The notes below the pieces were generated by a model that searched no databases, had not been told where the DNA came from, and saw only the letters and a list, made by a program, of their open reading frames with translations. 64,000 bases of DNA from Clostridia bacterium (GTDB taxonomy: Bacteria > Bacillota > Clostridia > Oscillospirales > UBA644): positions 37,375-101,374 of the forward strand of contig JAGAPC010000017.1 in the NCBI GenBank assembly GCA_017623475.1. Direction: 5' to 3'. The first letter of the stretch is position 1. The number at the start of each line of letters is the position of its first letter. Below, one piece after another: positions 1 through 8,668 of this stretch. A program made the position numbers and the translations under genes.

Positions 1-600
1 GTTTACACCTGTCTGTCGGGATTTTTGGCGGCAAAATGCCCCGAAAACGTGATCCCGGTCTTTGCTCTGTTCGACAATGAAGAAACCGGATCCTTGTCCT
101 TTTCCGGGGCGGCGGGTACGTTGCTAAAGGACGCCTTGGCACGGATCCTGCCCGACGAAGCGGTTCGTCAAAGCGCTTTGGCGCGTTCTTTTCTGGTCTC
201 GGCGGACAACGCCCACGCACTGCACCCCAATCATCCGGAATTGTACGACGGGCAGAACGCTCCGGTGATGAACGGCGGCGTGGTGGTCAAATACAACGCG
301 TCCCAGCGGTATATGTCTGACGGCTTTTCCGGGGCGGTCTTTACGGAGATCTGCAACAGAGCCGCAGTTCCCGTCCAGGTCTTTGCAAACCGTTCCGATA
401 AGCGGGGCGGCAGTACCTTGGGGAATCTTTCCGAAGCCCAGGTTCCGATTCGGGGCGTGGATATCGGGGCGGCGCAGCTGGCGATGCACTCGGCGCGAGA
501 AACGGCGGGAAGCCTCGACGTGGCGCATCTGTCCAACGCGTTGAAGGCGTTTTATCAAGCGGATTTTACTCTGTCGGACGACGGAGTTCAATGGAATTAA
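1..600 (+). CDS. M18-family (aspartyl-type) aminopeptidase, 3' part; 5' end lies upstream of the window
   Basis: Frame open from base 1 to the stop at 598-600. Motifs HALHPNHPE, VVKYNASQRYMSD, GSTLGN and DIGAAQLAMHSARE resemble the C-terminal half of M18 aminopeptidases. Confidence 0.75.
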   Translation, partial: VYTCLSGFLAAKCPENVIPVFALFDNEETGSLSFSGAAGTLLKDALARILPDEAVRQSALARSFLVSADNAHALHPNHPELYDGQNAPVMNGGVVVKYNASQRYMSDGFSGAVFTEICNRAAVPVQVFANRSDKRGGSTLGNLSEAQVPIRGVDIGAAQLAMHSARETAGSLDVAHLSNALKAFYQADFTLSDDGVQWN

Positions 601-613
601 GGAGAGATTTATT

Positions 614-1861
614 ATGAATAAAACGATGTTGAAGAAATACGCCCGGCTGATCGTTCGGGTGGGCGCAAACGTTCAGCGGGGAAGCCGCGTGGTGGTTTAC
701 GCCGACGTGGAACGGGCGGATCTTGCCGCCGAGGTGGTGCGGGACGCCTACCGTTGCGGCGCTTCCCACGTGGCGGTGGAATGGAGCCACGACGAAATTA
801 CGCGGATGCACTACACTCATCGCATGACCGACGTGATGACCGAGATCCCCCGCTGGGAAAAGGAAAAAATGAAGGATATGGCAGAACGGCTCCCCTGCAG
901 AATTTATATCGAGTCCTCCGATCCGGATCTGCTTCGGGGGATCAGTCAGGAAAAGATCCGCGCCGTCCGTGCGGTTCGGGTCAAGACCTTTAAGCCCTAT
1001 CGGGATCAGATGGACAACCGCCACGCGTGGACCATCGCCGCAGCCCCGTCCAAGGCGTGGGCAAAGAAGATCTTCCCCGACCTTACCCCCGGAAACGCGG
1101 TGGAAAAGCTGTGGGACGCGATCCTGAAATCGGTTCACGTTTCCGCCGATACCGATCCGGTCAAGGAGTGGGAAAAGATCAACGACGCCTTCAAGGCAAA
1201 GTGTGATTGGCTCAACAAAAACGCCTTTACCGCCATGGAGTACACCTCGTCCAACGGAACGAATTTCTCGGTGGAGCTGATCCCCGGGGTTCTGTGGATG
1301 GGAGGCGGCGAAGCCTTCCTGAACGGACATTTCTTTAACCCCAACCTTCCCACGGAGGAGATCTTTACCTCTCCCAAGGCGGGGGCGGCGTCGGGGACGC
1401 TGGTCTCCACCAAGCCCTTGTCCTACAGCGGACAGTTGATTGAAAATTTCTCCATCACCTTTGCGCAGGGCAAGGCGGTTTCCTGGACGGCGGAACAGGG
1501 AAAGGAAATGCTGGATCAGTTGTTGGGCATGGACGAGGGGGCTAAAATGCTGGGCGAGCTTGCGCTGGTTCCCAAAACGTCCCCCATCAATCAGTCGGGG
1601 ATCTTGTTCTACAACACCCTGTTTGATGAAAACGCCTCTTGCCACGTTGCTTTGGGCTCCGGATTCACCAATCTGTACCCCGGATTTGAACATCTGACCC
1701 GGGCGGAGTTGACCGAACGGGGCATCAACGATTCCTTGATCCACGTGGATTTCATGATCGGCGCCGACGATCTGACCGTCACCGGCATCCGCGCCGACGG
1801 TACCCGGGTCAAGGTTTTTGAACACGGAGATTGGGCAGAATCCATGCTGGCAGAATTATAA
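614..1861 (+). CDS. M29-family aminopeptidase (AmpS/PepS-like)
   Basis: 415 aa ORF with an AAGGAGAG RBS 7 nt upstream. The N-terminus MLKKYARLIVRVGANVQ and motifs EWSHDE, GGGEAF, TEEIFTSP, NASCHVALG and IHVDFMIG are typical of thermophilic-type M29 aminopeptidases. Confidence 0.85.
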   Translation: MNKTMLKKYARLIVRVGANVQRGSRVVVYADVERADLAAEVVRDAYRCGASHVAVEWSHDEITRMHYTHRMTDVMTEIPRWEKEKMKDMAERLPCRIYIESSDPDLLRGISQEKIRAVRAVRVKTFKPYRDQMDNRHAWTIAAAPSKAWAKKIFPDLTPGNAVEKLWDAILKSVHVSADTDPVKEWEKINDAFKAKCDWLNKNAFTAMEYTSSNGTNFSVELIPGVLWMGGGEAFLNGHFFNPNLPTEEIFTSPKAGAASGTLVSTKPLSYSGQLIENFSITFAQGKAVSWTAEQGKEMLDQLLGMDEGAKMLGELALVPKTSPINQSGILFYNTLFDENASCHVALGSGFTNLYPGFEHLTRAELTERGINDSLIHVDFMIGADDLTVTGIRADGTRVKVFEHGDWAESMLAEL

Positions 1862-1868
1862 AAATAAT

Positions 1869-1907
1869 TCAGGGAAATTCCGATTTCGGAATTTCCCTGA
1901 TTTTTTT
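1869..1907. terminator. Bidirectional intrinsic terminator between convergent genes
   Basis: Perfect hairpin TCAGGGAAATTCCGA-TT-TCGGAATTTCCCTGA followed by T7, with an A-run on the other side. Confidence 0.8.
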
Positions 1908-2427
1908 AAGATTGCTTCGTAAATCGCCGTAACGCCTTCAGCAGAGGAAGGATCAGCGTTCCCATAAAGAGATTCCCAACCCCGTGCATGGCGTCGAAGG
2001 GCAGCCCGGACAGAATCCAAGCCACCGTTTGTTCCAAATTGTAATGGAACAGCAGCGCCTGGGCAGGGGCGTACAGGATGCCGTAGCAAAAGCCGTGCAG
2101 GGCGCAGACCGTCGGAAAGACGAGCATCGCCCACTTGTCCGGGATTTTTTTCGGAATAAGCATCGTCATGCCCCACAGAACCGTCCAGATGTAGAGGTAC
2201 GGAATCCACCAGACGTTAAATCCGTTGGTCAGCCCCATGATAAGAACGTAAACGTAGAGGGGAATCAACGCTTTTCCGCGGAACAGTAAGGTCATCAGCA
2301 TGATGAACATTCCCGTCAGATGAATGTTCGGCAACGCTGACATGGCTAATTGCGCCGCGTAGATGATGGCGGGAAACAATCCGAATAAAACCACTTCCCG
2401 CAAGGTCAAAAAGGAATTCTTTCTCAT
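1906..2427 (-). CDS. Small polytopic membrane protein, putative ECF-type S component (possible cobalamin-specific, CbrT-like)
   Basis: 173 aa with 5-6 hydrophobic spans. ATGA start/stop overlap with the upstream DUF4430-like lipoprotein gene. The operon sits behind a cobalamin riboswitch. Confidence 0.55.
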   Translation of the reverse strand: MRKNSFLTLREVVLFGLFPAIIYAAQLAMSALPNIHLTGMFIMLMTLLFRGKALIPLYVYVLIMGLTNGFNVWWIPYLYIWTVLWGMTMLIPKKIPDKWAMLVFPTVCALHGFCYGILYAPAQALLFHYNLEQTVAWILSGLPFDAMHGVGNLFMGTLILPLLKALRRFTKQS

Positions 2428-2873
2428 CCCTTGGTATAGACCAATTTGTAGTGACCGCCGTCGGTGATCTTGATCTGATCCACGCCGGTCATCGCCATGG
2501 CATCACCCTCGTAAACCGCCCAATAAGCGCCGTTGGTGTTGTAGTCTGCCAGCTCGCCGTTGACGGATTTGATGTAAAGACCGTATTCGCTTTCATCGCC
2601 TTCTACCAGGTTTTCCTGCTCCAGAGCGCCCCGCAGGAATTCTTCGGCGGTTTGGATGGTGAAGGTCGTGGTTTTCTCGTCGCTTCCCACCACGTCCACG
2701 GTGATGGTAACGGTATTTGCCACGTTGGAATCGGCGCCGCCGTCTGAGGAAGCAACGCTGCCGACGTTGGAATCGGTGTTGCCGTCGGGGGCTACGCCGG
2801 GGGCGCAGGCGACCAGGGCAAGGCTCATGAGAAGCGCCAGGATCAGGGATAGGATGCGAAGTTGTTTTTTCAT
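2424..2873 (-). CDS. Lipoprotein with a DUF4430-like (transcobalamin-like) domain
   Basis: The likely true start is the MKKQLRILSLILALLMSLALVAC lipobox at 2873; the upstream part of the long ORF covers the riboswitch. The C-terminal domain (TITVDVVGSD, YGLYIKSVNGELADYNTNGAYWAVYEG) resembles DUF4430. Confidence 0.7.
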   Translation of the reverse strand: MKKQLRILSLILALLMSLALVACAPGVAPDGNTDSNVGSVASSDGGADSNVANTVTITVDVVGSDEKTTTFTIQTAEEFLRGALEQENLVEGDESEYGLYIKSVNGELADYNTNGAYWAVYEGDAMAMTGVDQIKITDGGHYKLVYTKG

Positions 2874-2903
2874 TTTTTTGGTTCTCCTTTGAATTTTAGT
2901 TTC

Positions 2904-2949
2904 AAAAAAAGAACAAACGGAAAGCCGTCTCTTCCAAAGAAAAGACGGC
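2904..2949 (-). terminator. Riboswitch expression-platform terminator
   Basis: On the minus strand: GCCGTCTTTTC-TTTGG-AAGAGACGGC followed by a U-rich tract ending in T7. Confidence 0.55.
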
Positions 2950-3140
2950 GCAGTAACTCCTTGCGTTTCCATCTTCTCTTCCTGTTGCCCAAGAGATTGA
3001 ATTCGCAGACGCAAGACGGGAAGCATTCTGACTGACCGAATTTCTGACGGTAACTCGGATCACAGTAATGGCGGTTGCTCCGGATTTGCACCGGATTTCC
3101 TCCCCACGGCAGGGCCGCACCGCGATCAAACGCCGCGGTG
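2950..3140 (-). promoter_or_regulatory. Cobalamin (B12) riboswitch
   Basis: The minus strand reads GCCGUGGGGAGGAAAUCCGGUGCAAAUCCGGAGCAACCGCCAUUACUGUGA. This fits the conserved GGGAA..GGUG.AAAUCC core and a B12-box-like CGCCAUUACUGU. It lies upstream of a DUF4430 gene and an S-component gene. Confidence 0.7.
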
Positions 3141-3279
3141 AATTGCGTGTTTATTCTGTTTTCGAGGGTATTCTACCACATTTCTCCGTCTTTTGCAAGG
3201 GAGTTTACAAAAATGTGCGTTTTAGACACCTTGCACAAAATTTCCACGTTTTTTTTGTGTCCCGAACGAAGAAAAACCA

Positions 3280-3308
3280 TTGACCTTTTTCTCTATATAT
3301 GGTATAAT
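3280..3308 (+). promoter_or_regulatory. Sigma-A-type promoter
   Basis: TTGACC, 17 nt spacer, TATAAT, about 35 nt upstream of the 3344 start. Confidence 0.5.
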
Positions 3309-3343
3309 ATAAATATATAGATAACGTTGAAAGGAGCAAGGGT

Positions 3344-5200
3344 ATGAAGCGGATTGTATGGATCGGTTGTCTGCTCCTTTCTTTTTTCGTGTTGTGGGGG
3401 CTTTTGCCGGAGCCGCAAACCGAGGCGACGGATATCGTCCCCCAGGGATATATTGAAATCTCTGACCGGGAGGATTTGGAGAAGATTACGCAAGCTCCGG
3501 ACGGAAAGTATTTTTTGACCGAGGATATTGACCTTTCCGACGCTTCCTGGACGCCGTTATGCTCTCAGGACAAGCCTTTTTCCGGAATTTTCGACGGAAA
3601 TAACCATAAAATTACGGGAATGACCGTATCGGATAAGGATAACGACGCCTTTGGTCTGTTTTCTTACGTTTGCGGAGGCAAAATTCAATCCCTGACCTTG
3701 TCCGGCACGGCGTCCGGATCGATTGCCGGCTTGATTGCCGGAAAAATCAGCAAGGGGGAGGTCGTGGATTGCACCGTGGAAGGCACGGTAACCTCGTCCT
3801 TTTTCGGGGGCGGGATCGTCGGGCAGATCTGCGGATCTGCGGCGACGGTTTCCGACTGTACCTCCAACGCAACCCTCGTGGGGACGGGCTCCGACACCGG
3901 AGAATTGCACCTGGGAGGAGTAGTCGGCGCTCTTTACGGCACGGGGCACGTGGTCTCCGATTGTAAATTTACCGGCACGTTGAAGCCCACCGGCGCAACC
4001 CTGCACGCAGGGGGAATTGCGGGAATTGCCAATGCGGATCCCAGCGGTGTAATCACCCTTTCCGGTTGCCGTTCCGAGGGGAAATTAACCCTTTCCTATA
4101 CCAAAACCGCCTGCTTGGGCGGAATCGTGGGGCGGATCGGCGGCAGCACGGAGCAGGGCGACGGCACGGTTGAGGTGAAAAATTGCTCCTTTACCGGAAC
4201 TTGGGCAGGCTCCGGCTGCGGAAAGCCCCTGTTTTTGGGGGGCATCGTCGGGAAGGCGGACGCGATGGGCGTCGTTACCATTTCCCAATGCACCGGTGCA
4301 GGAACTTTAACGGGTGTCGGGCACATGAATTTTGTAAATTCCGAGGACGTGGGCTACCGCTGTACCTCCTGCTCCCAGCCCCAGGGGTCGGTGGAATCGC
4401 AAAACAGCGGAACGATCATCGTGCAGACGAATTTCGGGATCAGTTATTCTTCTTACGTGGGGGGAATTTTAGGACAGGGGATTGCCAACGGCGGAAAACT
4501 GACGGTTTCCCAATGCTCGGCGTCTGCCTCGCTGAAGGGGATCGGAAGCCCGATTTTGTTGGGGCAAATTGCAGGAGCGTGCCAAAGCGTCGGCAAGGGA
4601 GTTGCTCTGATTGAGGATTGCCTTTCCGGGGGCAGAATTACCGACGTTTCCTCAGTTCACGGAGAGTTGGCGTCGGCGCAGGGGGGAATCGTCGGATTTT
4701 TGGGCGGTTCCGGAACTTGTACACTTCGGCGGTGTTTTTCTGCCTGCGAATTGCTCGTGGATTATCCCCTGTGCGACGGCGCGATTGCAGGGCTTGTAAG
4801 CGCGTATTATGGGGAAAATTACCCGAAAAATCCGGCAAAACCAACGGTAACCGCCTGCTATTACCTGATCGGAATGAGGGATTATTACGGCACCGCCCTT
4901 TCGGGGGCGCAGGCCTCCGATCCTGCATCCTACGTCGGCTTTGATTTTACCTCGGTGTGGAAGATCGATCCGGTCTCCGGGCTTGCAAATCTTCAAAAAG
5001 CCGGCATTTCGGTTTCTTCTACACCCTTGGGTGACGTGGACGGAAACGGCAAGGTAACCCGATACGACGCGGCGCTTTTGACCGAGTTTCTGACCGGACG
5101 CACATCCTTGACCGCCGCCCAGCAGAAGCGGGCGGATTACGACAAGAACGGTGTTTTGGATTCCAAGGATGCGGCGTTGATCCTCCGAAACGCTACCTGA
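3344..5200 (+). CDS. Secreted GLUG-motif repeat protein with a C-terminal type I dockerin
   Basis: Signal peptide MKRIVWIGCLLLSFFVLWG. Many G-rich repeats (GGIVG, GGVVG, GGIAG) of the GLUG/parallel beta-helix type. The C-terminal duplicated Ca-binding segments DVDGNGKVTRYDAALLTEFL and DYDKNGVLDSKDAALILRN make a dockerin. Confidence 0.8.
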   Translation: MKRIVWIGCLLLSFFVLWGLLPEPQTEATDIVPQGYIEISDREDLEKITQAPDGKYFLTEDIDLSDASWTPLCSQDKPFSGIFDGNNHKITGMTVSDKDNDAFGLFSYVCGGKIQSLTLSGTASGSIAGLIAGKISKGEVVDCTVEGTVTSSFFGGGIVGQICGSAATVSDCTSNATLVGTGSDTGELHLGGVVGALYGTGHVVSDCKFTGTLKPTGATLHAGGIAGIANADPSGVITLSGCRSEGKLTLSYTKTACLGGIVGRIGGSTEQGDGTVEVKNCSFTGTWAGSGCGKPLFLGGIVGKADAMGVVTISQCTGAGTLTGVGHMNFVNSEDVGYRCTSCSQPQGSVESQNSGTIIVQTNFGISYSSYVGGILGQGIANGGKLTVSQCSASASLKGIGSPILLGQIAGACQSVGKGVALIEDCLSGGRITDVSSVHGELASAQGGIVGFLGGSGTCTLRRCFSACELLVDYPLCDGAIAGLVSAYYGENYPKNPAKPTVTACYYLIGMRDYYGTALSGAQASDPASYVGFDFTSVWKIDPVSGLANLQKAGISVSSTPLGDVDGNGKVTRYDAALLTEFLTGRTSLTAAQQKRADYDKNGVLDSKDAALILRNAT

Positions 5201-5226
5201 TTTCAAAAGGGAAAAGAGGAAAGGGC

Positions 5227-6525
5227 TTGAACGGGAAAAAAACAGTTTTATTTTTAATCTTGGTTTTCGTGACGTTTTTCGGGGTTGTCCTTTGCGCGCA
5301 GGGACAGCCGACGGAAGAACCGTTGCTTTCGGTTGCCTGTATTTCCGATCCCCACGCCGATTACGGCTTGCAACGGAAAGAGCCTTATCTCCGTAATTCG
5401 GTGATTCAGACTTTGAATCGGATTCGGCAGGAGGAACGGGCGGACGTGTTGTTGGTCGGCGGAGATAACACCTCGGACAACGCGGATCTTTCGGAATTGG
5501 GCGGCTGGAGCTATTCCACCTACAAAAAGGTGATCGAGGCGTATCGGAATTTAGCGGAAAACGCCACCGAATCGGGGCGCTCCCTGTGGGCTTGCGGAAA
5601 TCACGATTACGAAGCGGGGGAAGAGGCGGGCTACGACGCCTACGCCGGATACGAAGCCATCATGACCGATTCCTGCGGAGCGCCTCTTTCGGTGTACCGC
5701 CAGCGGGATGACGACGCCCTGACCGACCAAAGATATCCGGATTTTATTATGGGGCTTCATTACGAGATCGAGGGGTTTGATTTTATTATTCTCAATCCCC
5801 CTTACGCGCAAAAACTGACCTATTCTCCCGGCACGTTACAATGGCTGGACGGACGGCTGGAACGGATCGGCGCGGGGAAAACCGTATTTTTGGTTACCCA
5901 TTATCCCTTAAAAGAAAGTCGCGGACTTTCGACTCCTTCCTACGGAATCAGCGGAGAAAATTATACCGCCCTGGTCTCGGTGTTGAACCGCTATCCCAAC
6001 GTGATCTACCTGTACGGACACAATCACGGAGGGAGCGAATCGGTCTATATTTCCGACGATACCTTTGAACGGATCACCTCCTATACCGATCGGGGAAAGG
6101 TAGTAAACAATCGGAACAAAGCGCCGAAATCCTTTATCACCGCCTTTATGGGGTCGATGTCGTATTACAAATATTCTCTCAACCCCGGGTATTTGACCGA
6201 GGAAGATCCGGAAATCGTGCAGGCGTTGATGATTTACGTTTACAGCGATCGGATCGTATTTCAAATGAAAAATTACGGCACCCATCAAGATCACGCAACG
6301 CGGCAGTTAAAATCCTGGACGGTTGCGCGGGACGTGGCGGGATCACTGACGGGCGTGCCGTCTTCTACGGATAAAACAGATCAAACAGGAGATGCACAAA
6401 TGGAGCTTTTTGACGTCATTCTTGCTTCCATCGGCGGAGGAATCGCCGTCGGCGGACTTATTACCCTGGGCGTCGTCCTTTATCGGATGTGGAAAAAAGA
6501 CCGGGCAACCCCCTACAAGGATTAA
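5227..6525 (+). CDS. Secreted, membrane-tethered metallophosphoesterase
   Basis: TTG start after an AAGAGGAAAGG RBS and an N-terminal signal sequence. Calcineurin-like motifs DPH, GGDN, GNHD and GHNH. C-terminal TM helix IGGGIAVGGLITLGVVLY. Confidence 0.75.
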   Translation: MNGKKTVLFLILVFVTFFGVVLCAQGQPTEEPLLSVACISDPHADYGLQRKEPYLRNSVIQTLNRIRQEERADVLLVGGDNTSDNADLSELGGWSYSTYKKVIEAYRNLAENATESGRSLWACGNHDYEAGEEAGYDAYAGYEAIMTDSCGAPLSVYRQRDDDALTDQRYPDFIMGLHYEIEGFDFIILNPPYAQKLTYSPGTLQWLDGRLERIGAGKTVFLVTHYPLKESRGLSTPSYGISGENYTALVSVLNRYPNVIYLYGHNHGGSESVYISDDTFERITSYTDRGKVVNNRNKAPKSFITAFMGSMSYYKYSLNPGYLTEEDPEIVQALMIYVYSDRIVFQMKNYGTHQDHATRQLKSWTVARDVAGSLTGVPSSTDKTDQTGDAQMELFDVILASIGGGIAVGGLITLGVVLYRMWKKDRATPYKD

Positions 6526-6552
6526 CCCCCTCAACCCAGAAAGGAGAATCCC

Positions 6553-7227
6553 GTGGATTCGGATAAGAAAAAAATTTTAGAGCCGGTAACGTCTTTCGCG
6601 GAGCAGGTGTGGGAAGACGACGAAATGCTCCGCCAGCTGGACGGTTATCTGCAGATGCAGCACATTTACAACGCCGCCATTCGGGAGGTAACTACGAAGC
6701 TGCAGATTTTGGACGAGGAATTCCAATGCCGTTACGACCATAACCCCATCCACCACATGGAATCCCGCCTGAAGACCCCTCGCTCCATCGTGGGAAAATT
6801 GCGCCGCAGGTAAGAGGAGGTCAGCGCCGATTCCGCCCGACGGAATCTGACCGACATTGCAGGAATCCGCGTTATTTGTTGCTACATCGAGGACGTTTAT
6901 CGGATTGCGGAATTGCTTCTTCATCAGGACGACGTGACGCTGATCCGAAAATCCGACTACATCAAGGAGCCGAAGGCAAACGGCTACCGATCCCTGCATT
7001 TGGTCATTCAGGTGCCGGTCTATCTTTCCAACCGCACGGAGCAGGTTCCGGTGGAGGTGCAGATCCGCACCGAAAGCATGGACCTTTGGGCAAGTCTGGA
7101 GCATCAGATGCGGTACAAATCGTCCCGCCCGGTCTCCTCCGAATTGCAGGCGCAGCTGCGGGAATGTGCGGAGGATCTGGCGGAGATCGACGTCAAAATG
7201 CAGAGAATCTACAAGCATCTTCAATAA
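6553..7227 (+). pseudogene. relQ: Small alarmone synthetase (RelQ/RelP-type GTP pyrophosphokinase) interrupted by an in-frame TAA at 6811-6813
   Basis: Both ORFs (6553-6813 and 6913-7227) are in the same frame. Reading through the TAA gives KLRRR*EEVSADSARRNLTDIAGIRVICCYIEDVYRIAELLLHQDD, colinear with RelQ. Catalytic-region motifs YRSLHLVIQVPV and VEVQIRTESMDLWASLEH lie downstream. Confidence 0.8.
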
Positions 7228-7269
7228 AAAATCACCTTCGTGCCATACTAACGGTACGGAGGTGTATTT

Positions 7270-8421
7270 ATGGATATTTTAAATGGGGCAAAGGCGTTGG
7301 CGCCCACGCTGGTTTCCTGGCGGCGTACCCTTCACGCCCGTCCGGAGATCGGCTTTGATCTGCCTCGGACGAGGGAATTTCTTTTGGGGGAATTGAAAGG
7401 GATGGGCTATCATCCCCAAGAAATCGGCAAAGGCAGTATCGTTGCCGAGATCGGTCCGAAAACCGACGGCACCGTATTGCTTCGGGCGGATATGGACGGA
7501 CTTGCGGTAGGGGAGGAGACGGATCTTTCTTTTCGGTCGGAAAACGGCAAAATGCACGCCTGCGGACACGATCTTCACGCCGCCATGCTGTTAGGGGCGG
7601 CGATGCTTTTAAAGGAAAAAGAATCTTCCCTGCGCCGTCGAGTGCGCTTGTTGTTTCAGGCGGCAGAAGAGACCTTGCAGGGGGCGGAAGACGCCCGATC
7701 CTTCGGGGTCTGCGACGGCGTTTGCGCGGCGTATATGCTTCACGTCACGGTCAACACCAACCTGCCTGCGGGGACGGTGATCGTGCCCCCTGCCGGGATC
7801 ATCGCGCCGTCGGCGGACTTTTTTGAAATTTCCGTCAAGGGAAGGGGGTGCCACGGTGCCGACCCTGCGGCGGGGATCGATCCGTTGTCGGTTGCCGCGC
7901 GGATTTTATTGGGGCTGCAGAACCTTCCCTCCCGAGAATTTCCGTCGGGGGCGTTGGGAGCGTTGACGGTGGGATCGCTTCGGGGCGGAGATTGCTTTAA
8001 CGTGATCCCCGATACCGCCCGTCTGCAGGGGTCTTTGCGGTGCTACGGAGAAGATCTTCGCGCCTTTTTAAAAACGCGGGTCAAGGAAATTGCATCCTTT
8101 ACCGCCGACGGCTTTCGGGCGTCTGCCGCCGTTTCCTTTCCTGTCGGATGCCCGTCGCTGAAAAACGACGAAGCGTTGCGGAATTCCCTGCCCGCCGTCC
8201 TGGAGCACGTCTTGGGAAAGGAGGGAGTTTTGGTGGCGAACACTCCTTCGGGTACCGCCGGATCGGAGGATTTTGCCGTCATCTCCCACGCCGTCCCCTC
8301 GGTCATGCTTGCCCTTGCCGCCGGCAATCCGGGCGTCCCCCTGCACCACCCCAAAATCGTCTTCGACGAAAACGCCCTGCCCTACGGTACGGCAGCCCTT
8401 GCTGCCCTTGCCATGCAATAA
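7270..8421 (+). CDS. M20-family amidohydrolase (N-acyl-amino acid amidohydrolase type)
   Basis: 383 aa. Motifs LRADMDGL, MHACGHDLH, FQAAEE and GSEDFA are typical of the M20D/ILR1 family. Confidence 0.85.
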   Translation: MDILNGAKALAPTLVSWRRTLHARPEIGFDLPRTREFLLGELKGMGYHPQEIGKGSIVAEIGPKTDGTVLLRADMDGLAVGEETDLSFRSENGKMHACGHDLHAAMLLGAAMLLKEKESSLRRRVRLLFQAAEETLQGAEDARSFGVCDGVCAAYMLHVTVNTNLPAGTVIVPPAGIIAPSADFFEISVKGRGCHGADPAAGIDPLSVAARILLGLQNLPSREFPSGALGALTVGSLRGGDCFNVIPDTARLQGSLRCYGEDLRAFLKTRVKEIASFTADGFRASAAVSFPVGCPSLKNDEALRNSLPAVLEHVLGKEGVLVANTPSGTAGSEDFAVISHAVPSVMLALAAGNPGVPLHHPKIVFDENALPYGTAALAALAMQ

Positions 8422-8437
8422 AAAATAATTTCGGGGG

Positions 8438-8466
8438 TTTACAAATGGGAAAAAGTGTGATATAAT
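8438..8466 (+). promoter_or_regulatory. Near-consensus sigma-A promoter with an extended -10
   Basis: TTTACA, 17 nt spacer, TGATATAAT. Confidence 0.6.
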
Positions 8467-8469
8467 ATA

Positions 8470-8645
8470 GTTACCACATAAAACTCTAACGTAATATTCC
8501 ACATAGAAGTGGGCATTTTACCATTGGTAAAAATGCCGACTTCTTCTCTCGCCTTTCTGTGTGGAATGTCGGAGTTTTGTGTGGTAGCAAAATGAAGTCG
8601 TGCGTTTTTCAGTGTGTGCGATTTCGGTTGCACACACTTTTTTAT
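8470..8645 (+). ncRNA. Candidate structured RNA (unclassified sRNA or cis-leader) ending in an intrinsic terminator
   Basis: 17 bp closing helix 8470-8486/8572-8588. Inner helices ATTCCACA..TGTGGAAT, AGAAGT/ACTTCT and GGCATTTTACC/GGTAAAAATGCC. Terminator AGTGTGTGC-N10-GCACACACT plus T-run at 8611-8645. Confidence 0.5.
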
Positions 8646-8668
8646 TGCAGGAAAGCGGGAAAAAGAGC

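Noticed and set aside
566-1825. Long antisense ORF (419 aa) opposite the M29 aminopeptidase gene. Similar long shadow ORFs occur at 9388-10494(+), 17679-19856(+, 725 aa), 22315-24033(-), 25787-27511(+), 36137-37177(+), 38907-39869(+) and 47058-48548(-).
   Set aside because: Each lies antisense to a gene with clear family motifs. They have G/R/V/P-rich low-information composition typical of GC-rich shadow frames and lack RBS or start context. The 725 aa one spans three independent conserved genes.
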